A DNA stretch of 64,000 bases, from positions 70,246,001-70,310,000 of the forward strand of contig OX597814.1 of NCBI GenBank assembly GCA_951406725.2, in the 5' to 3' direction. Shown here in pieces: positions 53,731 through 64,000 of this stretch (positions within the stretch are counted from its first letter, which is position 1; each line of letters starts with the position of its first letter). Position numbers and translations under genes: made by a program. The notes under the pieces were generated by a model. The model ran no database searches, had not been told where the DNA came from, and saw only the letters and a list, made by a program, of their open reading frames with translations. The DNA comes from Octopus vulgaris (taxonomy: Eukaryota).

Positions 53731-54134
53731 GTCAGTTTAAATATTCTAATATCTCTTTCTATAAATGATAGAAACTTTACTGATTCCATTTTTAAATATA
53801 ACTAAAATGTAAACAGAATATACAACATTTTCTTCTTACTTCCTTGATACTTACAGTTTCTTGGTTATATTTTAGGTAGTTAATATTTCATTCATTGTTC
53901 TGGAATTTTTGAGTGCAAATATGCAAGTTGATTGAACTCTACTCAAGTGATTAAAATGTTGTCAGTATTGTATTTCATCGCCAATGCAGTGTCATGTCCA
54001 AGTCCAAAATTTTGGACTCTTATAGCTAGAAGTTGGCACCATGTTCCAATTCAGTTTTGTATCATTTGTGGTACTGAGTTCAAATACCAGTAACATGCAT
54101 ACACATACACTCTATCTCTTTCATGCATATTATG

Positions 54135-55406
54135 TATCAGGTCATCCCATAAGGTCTGTCCGATTTTACCTTTTTTAAAATTGAATGAAATTTAATAGTA
54201 TTTTAGAATGTCTAATGGGATTAAAATTATTTTTATACATTTGTATAGATTTAAACTAATTAAATATTATTTTACAGAATAATAGAATTAAAATTTCTTT
54301 GATTAAAACCCTTTCTAACATGGAAGTATCCAAAGAGCATTTGATGCACATAATGCTTTATGAGTACAAAAAAGGAAACTCTGCAGCCAAAGTGACTCGA
54401 AACATACACTCAGTTTATGGGAAAGAATGCTTGAATGAAAGAACTTGCAGAAGATGTTTTGCAAAATTCAGAAGTGGAGATTTCAACATTGGAGATGAAG
54501 ATCGAACAGGATGTCCAGTTGAGTTTAATGAGAAGCTCCTTGAAGCATTACTTGAAGAAAATCCTGCATTATCAGTTGAAGAATTGGCAATTAAGCTTAG
54601 TTCAAACCATACAATTTGGAAAGGTTCCTAAACTTGGAAAATGGGTGCCTCATGAATTGTCCAAAAGTAACCACAAATCCCGAGATGGCATCTTCTCTTC
54701 TCTCCATTCTCGTGAACTCATTTCACCCTTTTTGGATAGACTTGTGACTGGTAACGAAAAATGGATCTTCTATCGAAATATTAAACATTGTAAACAGTGG
54801 CTTGGTAAAAGGGAAAAAGTTCAATCACAACCAAGAAGGGAACTTCATGAGAAAAAGGATTCTTCTCTCTATCTGGAGGGATTGCAAAGGAGTAATTCAC
54901 TTTGAATTGTTACCACCTAATGCAACAATCAGCGCTCAAGTCTACTGTCAGCAATTAGAGCATTTGAACCAAGCTTTAATAAAAAAAAAAGACCCACTTT
55001 AGTGAATCGAAAAGGAGTGATGTTTCATCAGGACAATGCGCAACCCCATACTGCAAAGATCACATCACAGAAGATCAAAGAGCTTGGTTGGGAAAAAAAT
55101 TTTTCATCCACCTTATTCTCCTGACTTTGCTCCTTCAGACTACCATTTGTTTTGTAGTTTATAGAATCATTTGGGGGACATAACTTTCACAAACCAGGAG
55201 AAGATCGAAACTGACATTTCAGAGTTCTTCACTTTGAAACCAAAAGAGTTTTACATTGATGGGATTAAAAAGCTTGTAAATAGATGGAAGGAAGTCATAG
55301 ATAATCAGGAAAAGTACACCGATGATTAAATTTCAATTAAATATCACATTTGATCACTTGTTTTCTTTATTCAAAATTCAGACAGAACTTATGAGATGAC
55401 CTGATA
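54135..55406 (+). mobile_element. Full-length mariner transposon (defective DD34D transposase)
   Basis: TIRs tatcaggtcatcccataaggtctgtc / gacagaacttatgagatgacctgata. WVPHEL, VTGNEKW, HQDNAQPH and YSPDFAPSDY. Frameshifted. Confidence 0.93.
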
Positions 55407-55590
55407 TACCAAGCTCACACTTTAGGGGATTGGGGGAATGTATCTGAGTAAAAAATCCAAGAATTCAAACAAAATTGTCTCTTTTAACATTCTTTTCCCT
55501 CCATTTTTTTAAAATGTAAAATTGTAATATTTCTATTGCCAATTCTTTTACTAAGTTACAAATTTTTACTCTGCTTCATTTATTTCACAG

Positions 55591-55956
55591 GCTTTACTTC
55601 AACAAAACCAGCTATTAAATCTAAACCACCTCCGCCTGTAGCACCAAAGCCATCAGTTCCTTCACGACCAAGTTTAAAAAGAACTACTGCTCCTACAGTT
55701 CACAGGAATTCTGTAGAGTCCCTAAAAGAAGTGTCAACCAAAGAGAACAGCTATAACAATGATAATGGTGTTGTTTATGACTCTGCTACATTAAGACTTT
55801 CAGTCCAAGAAAAAGTCTCAAAAATTAGTAATATCAGCCAATTAATGGAAAAACCTGTGATTGAAGATAATACAGATTGCAATGATTGTGATGCTTTCAG
55901 CAATAAAAAAAGATCTTCTTTCCTATGTGATACTCAAATCTCTAAGGGGCTTAAAG
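55591..55956 (+). CDS. CARMIL: CARMIL-like exon E (proline-rich SH3-binding region)
   Basis: Acceptor tatttcacag|GC: A+GC gives Ser, then FTSTKPAIKSKPPPPVAPKPSVPSRP. Likely donor aaag|gtatct at 55956; otherwise the frame reads through to a stop at 56003. Confidence 0.75.
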
Positions 55957-56039
55957 GTATCTATCTTTTAAATATCATATCTTTAGGAAACATATTTTCT
56001 TAAATATATAAAAGTCTAAAATACTTTTTATACATTTGT

Positions 56040-56373
56040 GGCACATAAAAAGCACCTTTCAAGCATTGGCCCTCACAGAGGCAATGACAAATGACTAAGA
56101 CCTTTGGCAATATGCTGTGCTTGAATAGAAGACCCATCAAACCAAGTGGAATTATAGTTGTGACAGATACTGATATCATGTAACTGGTACCCATGCCAGC
56201 GGTACATAAAAGCACTCATTACACTCTCAGAGTGGTTGATGTTAGGAAGGTCATCCAGCCATAGAATCCATGCCATATTAGACTGGAGTCTAGTGCAGCC
56301 CCTCAGCTTACCAGCCCCGGTCAAACCATCCAACCCATGCCTGCATGTACAAAGGATATTAAATGATGATGAT
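56040..56373 (+). mobile_element. RTE 3' UTR fragment
   Basis: aaaagcac...ccaacccatgc...aaatgatgatgat tail. Confidence 0.7.
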
Positions 56374-56654
56374 TTCTACAATTTAAATAATTTGAAGCAG
56401 AAATTAAAACTTTTTTCCTAGATCTTTAGACGACAGGTTATGTTGTCATCATTATTGCTATTGGTACCACCATTTTTATGTTCGCTTTCTATGCTAGCAT
56501 GGGTTGGACAAGTTATGACCCAGATTAGTCCTTATTTGAAGTTATTGCTTTTTTAGATTGAAAGAGTCCCCTCTTGCTAAAAACATTCCATTTTTGACAT
56601 GGTTTGTGTAACTGGATGCCTTTCTAAACATCAAATACTTTACAGATTTATCTT

Positions 56655-56845
56655 TTTTCTTTTATTTGTTTCAGTCATTAGACCATGACCATGCTGGGGC
56701 ACTGCCTTGAAGGGTTTAGTCAAATGAAATCAACCCCAGTAGTTATTTTTATAAGCCTGGTACTATTGGTTACTTTTGCTGAACCAATAAGTTATTGGGG
56801 CATAAGCAAACCATCACCAGTTTTCAAGTAATAAAGGGGGACAAG
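56655..56845 (-). mobile_element. SINE 3' half
   Basis: tgtttcagtcatt...catgctggggcactgcc...aagcctggtact. Confidence 0.65.
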
Positions 56846-56934
56846 CATGTGTAAGTGCATGTGTGCATGTATATATATGTGTGTGCATGTATTTATATAT
56901 GTATATGCATATATGTATATATACAAGCAAAAAA

Positions 56935-58980
56935 ACTTTTACTCATTTCAGCCATGCAAGAGCACCACCGTGGTCTTTCTAATTTCCTAGTCTGGGGTGT
57001 TTTATATCACCACTCCTAGATGTGCCTTTGTCCCAGCTGTTGGCCCATTTGGTGTATAAGGAAGTTTGATTCCACTGCCCTCATCTGCACCTTATGGTGG
57101 ACTGTTGGTTCATCCAGTATTTTGGAGAGGAGAATGTCTAGTTCCTTTTTGAAGACATCTACTTCCACCTTATGCAGATTTCTTAATTTTTGTGATTGGG
57201 CATTGAAGAGCTGTGGGCCTTTGAACCCTAGACTATTGCAGTACCTAGTCCTGAATTTAGATGGAGTGGATGGTACCTTTGGTACAATACAATGGCAGTT
57301 AGCTCTGGCATTTGTTTAACACTCAATGCCAAAGTTAGGTACTAGCCCTTCTAGGATTTTCCATATGTATATTATTGCATATCTCTCAGGCCTTCACTCT
57401 AGGGAGTAAAGCTGTAGTTTTCTCAGCCTATCCCTGTAGCTCATCCACTGCACTGTTTCAATCTTTTTAGTGTAGTGGCATTGGACTGCTTCAAGCTCCA
57501 CTGTTAGTTTGGCACTATGTGGTGACCATAACTGGGAGCAGTATTCCAGTGGCTGAGAACAAAGGTTCTCCACAGGGTCAACATAGTTTCTTAGTCTCTT
57601 CTCTTAAAAGACCTCAGTATCCATCCTCCCAGTTGTCTGCACTTTGCTGCTATCTTGGTAAAGATCCCCAAGTCTTTCACTGCTTGTGACTCTGGGATTA
57701 TAGTGCCTTTGGGTCCTGTATATGCAGGCTGTAGAACAGTCATGAGTTAATAGTAGAATGCTTGAAACTTTCCAGCATTAAATTGCATGTTGTTTAATTC
57801 AGCCCACTTGTATATCGAATTCAAGTCCCGCTGTAAGCTTGTGACATCATCTTGATTTTTTATTGCCTGTTATAATTTTGTATCATTGATACAGCTAGTG
57901 ACAGTGGGCATGTCTAATAGGGCTATTATGAACAGTAATGGCCCCATGGGGGACGTCAGTTAGGATTTGAGTTTCCTCAGAAAGGGCACCATTGGCTGTG
58001 ATTACCTGACTTCTGTCTTTAAGGTATTCATGCAGCCAGCCTCCCAGTTTACCAGCAATGCCAAGGTCTCATAGCTTGTGACATATCATGCTGTGATCTA
58101 CCTTTTCAAAGTCAAGGTATATCGTGCTGACATCTGAATGGTCAAGCAGCTGTTTCAAAACACCGTCATAGTGGTGTAGGAATTGTGTGAGGCAGCTTCT
58201 GCCTGGACAAAAGTCATGCTGTGCATTGTTCAATAGGTATTTTCAAGAACATTATCAGCTTCTTTCTGATGACTTGCTCCATGACTTCACTGATATGTGA
58301 AGTCAGAGAGATTGGCCTGTAATTTTTAGCCTCTTCCCTGCTTCCACCTTTGTGGATGAGGCATATAATGCCTTCTTTCTACTTACATAACCTGCTTACA
58401 TGACTTCAGGAGAATAGCTGGGAAGCCATCAGGATCTGTTGCTGAGCATAAGCTCATTTCATCTATGGCCACATCTACCTCCTCAATGGTTGGCACCTAC
58501 TGTTTTAGAGCTGCAATATTAAAGAATTCAATCAATTTTTTTATCTGCATGTGTCGAAAGGAGAAAGTGAAGACACTTTTAAATTGTTCACTGAGTATCT
58601 CACTTCTCCTTCCTGGGTCCACGGTCAGTAAGCCATTCCCTTGGAACAATGATCATATTTTATATTGTATTGTGGATGTTTCTTTTGCAAATTTATAGAA
58701 ATATTTGGAATTTGTTTTTATGCTTTCTACAGCTCTGTTTTCTCTCCCCCCCTTTGTGAGAGAGTTTGATCTTGTTCTCGATTTCTAGGAGTGTCCATAT
58801 TAAGATAGACTTTTCCCTATCCTTCAGTTGCCCATTCAGCTGCTTTGAAACCTTTGACCTGCATCTCATAAGGATTTTTCTGTCCCTGGGAATCTTGTTT
58901 GACAGTGTGCTGGCCTCTCTTTCTGGGATATATTTAGTGCACATAGCTTGCACTGTTGACATAAACTGGCTGAGTTTCAA
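56935..58980 (-). mobile_element. CR1/L2-group LINE relic (RT and 3' end)
   Basis: Homologous to 26333-26944. NYRPISLTSHISEVME, IYLDFEKVDH and YCSQLWSP. Confidence 0.8.
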
Positions 58981-59001
58981 ATATATATATGTACATATAT
59001 A

Positions 59002-61040
59002 CAGTGATACCTCGCAGTATGAGTTTAATTCATTCCATAACAGAGCTCGTTTGATGACTTACTCATTTTACAAATCAATTTTCACCATTGAAAGCAATTA
59101 AAATATAATTAATCTGTCCCCCCCCCCAACCACCCCAAAATTATTTCTTATGGATTTTAAAATGAAAAAGGTGCAGCTGCAAGGAGAATAACAATTATAA
59201 AAACATAATAAAAGAGAATGCAAAAGAAATATGTAAACTGGTTTTATTAATTGAATTATCTTAAAGGTGGGACAATTTGTGCACGAAGAAGGCTGTGGAA
59301 TAGGGAGAAGGAAGGGGATTACTATTTGGAAGGAGAATTTTCTTCCATTAAGACATCAGGAAGAACAATTTCTAGCATTTTTTCTCTCACTTCACTTAAT
59401 TTAGGCTTTCTGGACACACTTTCTTCACTTTTTACACTTGCAGATTGTTTCATTTGAAACATATGAAAGGAAGTTTGCTTTTTGCTGCCTTTCAAAATGT
59501 TACAAAAATGCACCAGAGCAGTGTCATTAAGTAAAGCAGCTATGTGACCTGTAGATACTTTTTCAGGATGATTTTTTTTCTACAAATTCAGAAACATACT
59601 GCGACTTTGCCAACACTGCTTTTATGTCACTTGTTGAGATGGTCTTCTCTGCACACTACCTCCTCCAGGGAACCAATTTCTTCCACCACATCTGAATGCT
59701 GCTGCTCCTGAAGCTACAGGAGTTCATCTATCATCAACTCTTCTCAATGTTCCTTGATGAGATCATTAATGTCCCCATCATCAACCTCAAGGCCCATGGA
59801 CTTGCCAAGAGACACTATCTCCTCGACAACAGGTGTCTCAGACTCCAACCCCTCAAAGTCTCTTTCAGATATGCAATCAGGCCACAGTTTCCTCCCTGTA
59901 GAATTCAGTGTTCTCCTCGTTACATCCTGTCAGGCCATATCAATGATTTTCAAGCAGTTAACAATGTTGTAATGCCCCTCCAAAACTCACGAAGGTTTAA
60001 ATTTGTATTTTTGGTGACTTCAAAGCACCAACAGAACAGGTGTTTGGTGTGCAATTGCTGGTCCATGGGCTGCAGGATAGGGATAGTGTTGCATGAAAGG
60101 TACATCATCCAGGATATCATCTTCAAGATTAGGAGGGTGAGCAAGAGCATTGTCAAGGATGAGGAGGGCCTTGAAAATATCATTCTCTAGAAGGTACTAT
60201 TTCACCTGGTCTGAAGATGTTGACTCACTCAGTGAAGAATTGACCCAGGCTTTAACATTTGCCCTCCACATGACCTGCAGCTTCTCCTTCAGGATTTTGT
60301 GACTTGAATGCTTGTGGATTTTTGGAATGGTAGATGAGGAGCAGCTTAATCTTCAAGTCTCAAGTCTCCACTAGCCCAAAAGACAAGAGCTAGCCTATAT
60401 GTCATAGGCTTATGGTCTAGCACTTTCTTCTCCTCTGCAGTTATGTAGCTTCTTTGGGTCATTTTTTTTTCCCCAAAACAGGCCACTTTCATCACATTTG
60501 AATATCTGTTGTGTGATGTACTTTCAGCTGCAATCAGCTGGCAGAATTCACACACAAAAAAATGTTAGCTGCTTTCATGTCAGAACTTGCTGCTTCTCCA
60601 TACCTCACAAAGGGTTAAATTTAAATGTTATGAACACCATTGCTCTTCTTGAGCCTTAAATGTGTCTGCTGATGTCTTCTTCATCAATGTTCCAGGGTTC
60701 TGTTTCAGGAGATCCACATGCAACACTCATGCTTTCTTGCAGATCATGGTCTCCATAATCATATCCCCTGCAAGTTGCTTCTCATTGATCCACAGGAGAA
60801 GCAATTTTTCCATCTCTTCATGGACAGATGTGTATTGCTAAAAGTGCTTGGAGACAACCTTTGCTGTTTTAACAGCTTTGATCTTGTCCTATTTCTTCAG
60901 GATGGTGCAGATCATTGACATGCTATGTCCACTACACACACTCCTCTCTCGTGTTTATTAATGATTTCCTTCTTCAATTCTATCATAATCAGCTTTTCCT
61001 TCTCAACACTGACCATTGCCTAATCTTCTTAGGCCCCATG
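59002..61040 (-). mobile_element. pogo/Tigger-like transposon relic
   Basis: TA|CAGTGATACCTCG terminus. Minus-strand MGPKK..., CENP-B-type HTH, GEAASSD and ILQPMDQQ. Confidence 0.8.
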
Positions 61041-61067
61041 GCTAACACAACAAATTATTATTAAAAA

Positions 61068-61362
61068 AATCGAAATCGATCAACATCAATGGAAATTGCA
61101 GCTGTGATACCAGTGCCGGTGGCATGTAAGAGAACCATCCGAACATGGCCATTGCCAGCGCCACCCCGACTGGCCTCCGTGCCGGTGGCACGTAAAAAGC
61201 ACCCACTACACTCATGGAGTGGTTGGCATTAGGTAGGGCATCCAGCCGTAGAAACATTGCCAGATCAGACTGGGCCTGGTGCAGCCTTCTGGCTTCCCGG
61301 ACCCCAGTTGAACCGTCCAACCCATGCTAGCATGGAAAGCGGACGCTAAACGATGATGATGA
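61068..61362 (+). mobile_element. Young RTE 3' end fragment
   Basis: Reverse complement of 29857-30380, ending catgctagcatggaaagcggacgctaaacgatgatgat. Confidence 0.9.
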
Positions 61363-61413
61363 ATAGCATAAAATGCACAATACTATATATATATATATAT
61401 ACATGTGTATATA

Positions 61414-61573
61414 TAAAAAACCACTAGGTGGTCAGCTGTATGCTAGAAGTAGATCACCTATGATCAAACTACAAAGAAAAGAATGTTCTCTAGAGGAAAA
61501 ACATTCTTTTCTTTGTAGTTTGATCGTAGGTGATCTACTTCTAGCATACAGCTGACTTCCTAGTGGTTTTTTA
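61414..61573. repeat. Near-perfect 74-bp-arm hairpin (foldback)
   Basis: 61414-61487 versus 61500-61573 with about 3 mismatches and a ~12-nt loop. Confidence 0.92.
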
Positions 61574-61696
61574 GCCCTTTAAGTATACACACGTATTAGA
61601 ATTTTCTCTGAATTTTCATATTTTTGTATGCTAGGCTACTGGTTTTAAATTGATATTAATTAAATTAATATTCAATTTATCTCCCTCATTATTTAA

Positions 61697-61741
<45 letters not shown>

Positions 61742-62055
61742 TTTTAATTATATATTATTATTAATATTAGGAAATCAATATCAAAACTCCTCAGAAAGAT
61801 ATACACGTGTGAAAAATAATTGTTGTATTAAAAATATATAAATAAATAAATATAAATAGGTATAAAAATATATGTAAATATGTATAAGCATAAATAGATA
61901 ATGTATATGACAGTTTAAAAGTTTTGAATTAATTATTTAAAGCATCTTACAATTGTTTCACAGAAGAGTTGTCCCTATAGAGTGATACTTACAAATAGAT
62001 ACATAGATAAACTGATAAGAATTATTTGACTATAAATTGTATATTAAATAAAGAT

Positions 62056-64000
62056 TGTTCTATGACACTCTACTGCAGACTACCTCGTTGACGAACGACA
62101 GAGACCTTCTCTTTGTGGCTGGTGACTTCAATGGTCACGTTGGACGACATGCTGGGGGCTTCCATGGCGTACATGGAGGCTATGGCTCTGGTTCCCGCAA
62201 CGAGGAGGGAACCAGGCTGCTGGAGTTCTGCGATGCAAATAATCTTATGATTTGCAACACTAACTTCAGGAAACCTACCAGCCACCTAGTCACCTACCGA
62301 TCGGGCCAACATACCAGCCAAATTGACTACATCCTTGCCAGGCAAAGGGAGAGATGGCTACTTATAAATGCCAAAACCTTCCCAGGCAAAGAATGTACCC
62401 CACAACATAGACTGGTAGTTAATGACTTTAGGATCAGGAGTAGGAGGACAACCAGAAGATGACCAACATGGAGAAGAAGGATCTGGAAGCTTAAGGATCC
62501 TGTGAATGGACAGAGATTTAGAGACATGTTACTTGAAGCCTTTGACGAAGTAGAAGGGGATAGAGTATCACATGGGGTAGAGGACAACTGGACGTTTCTA
62601 AGGGACAACCTGCTGAGAGCCACTGACCAGATCTGTGGCTGGTGCAAAGTCCCCTCTCGTCCCAAGGTAACGTGGTGGTGGAACAGTGTCGTAGACAGGG
62701 CTATTAGAGAAAAGAGACAGACTTGGAAGCACTGGAAGAATGGTGGTAGCAGGGAATTGTATCAGACTGCTAAAAGGGAAGCTAGGAGACAGGTCTATCT
62801 AGCCAGAGGGGAAGCAGATAAGAAAAAATTTGCCAATGTTCTGCGCCGTGAGGACCAAAGACTGGAGGTGTTTCGCGTTGCAAGACAGTGTGTGAGAGAG
62901 AATTGTGATGTGGTGGGAGAGAAGTGTGTTCGCATGGAAGATGGTTCACTTGCGCTAAACGAGGATGCAAAGAGAGAGGCTTGGAGACGCCACTATGAAA
63001 GGTTGCTGAATAAAGAAAATGAATGGGATAAAGAGAGTCTGCCGAACGTTGACCCAACAGAGGGACCAGCTATCAGGGTTGATAGTTCCTTAGTAGCTAA
63101 GGCAATTAGAAGCATGAAGACAGGGAAAGCCCCAGGCCCATCAGGTATCACTGCAGAGATGCTCAAAATATCTGGTAGTGTCGGCTATAGCCTAGTCACC
63201 TGTATAGTTAATCAGGTGATACATGAAGGAGTCATACCCAATGACTAGTGTAGCAGCATAATAGTCAACTGCTACAAAGGTAAAGGTGATGCCCTAGATA
63301 CAAATAATTACAGAGGTATCAAGATGTTGGTTCAGGTGATGAAGGTTACAGAGAGGGTCATAAGCCAACTAATTAGAGAGAGAGTTAGTTTAGATGAGAT
63401 GAAGTTTGGTTTCGTGCCAGGGAAAAGTACCACTGATGCTATAGTCTTGGTAAGGCAGCTGCAGGAGAAATACCTAGCCAAAGATAAGCCCCTGTACCTG
63501 GCTTTTGTTGACATGGAGAAAGCCTTCGACAGGGTCCCTCAATCCCTCATATGGTGGTCAATGAGGAAACTAGGAATAGATGAATGGTTAGTGAGAGCTG
63601 TGCAAGCCATGTACAGGGACGCTGCTAGTAAGGTGAGGGTTTGCAATGAGTACAGTGAAGAATTCCGGGTAGAGGTAGGGGTCCACCAAGGCTCAGTACT
63701 CAGCCCCCTCCTATTTATCATAGTCCTCCAGGCAATAACGGAGGAATTCAAGACAGGATGCCCCTGGCAGCTCCTCTATGCTGATGACCTTGCTCTAATT
63801 GCTGAGTCATTATCAGAACTGGAGAAGAAGTTTCAGGTGTGGAAGCATGGTTTAGAATCGAAGGGCCTTAGAGTCAACCTAGCTAAAACCAAAGTCCTAA
63901 TAAGTAGGAAGGTAGACAAATCACAAACGCCTTCAGGTAGATGGCCCTGCTCGATCTGTAGAAAAGGTGTAGGTAGAAACTCTATAAGATGCACCAAGTG
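62056..64000 (+). mobile_element. Young RTE-clade LINE (APE and RT, runs off the window)
   Basis: GDFNGHVG, SQIDYIL, PQHRLVV, NYRGI, KAFDRVP, QGSVLSP and YADD. In-frame stops at 62460 and 63246. Confidence 0.95.

Noticed and set aside
54299-55330. Domesticated SETMAR-like gene
   Set aside because: TIRs are intact, the frame is shifted, the first catalytic Asp reads Asn and no SET domain is present: an ordinary dead mariner.

Overview
Eukaryotic, AT-rich, repeat-dense DNA, most likely from an octopus or other cephalopod (inferred from the tRNA-derived SINE and RTE content and the TA microsatellites; not verified). One host gene crosses the window on the + strand as five phase-compatible exons of a CARMIL/LRRC16-like capping-protein regulator (CPI, CSI, LAEMK and Pro-rich motifs), with a 37-kb intron. 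The rest is mostly decayed mobile DNA: RTE, Tx1/L1, R4/Dong-like and CR1-like LINEs, Penelope-like GIY-YIG pieces, SINEs, mariner/Tc1, hAT, pogo/Tigger, Helitron-like elements and a Gypsy relic. The most interesting signals are non-coding. (1) A young 364-bp hammerhead-ribozyme repeat (retrozyme-like) forms a ~1-kb foldback inside a (TA)n tract at 27.4-28.4 kb. (2) An older copy of the same family is split by two successive Tx1-clade LINE insertions at the same 13-bp site just upstream of the ribozyme core, suggesting a LINE that specifically targets a ribozyme element. TE boundaries are approximate unless stated.
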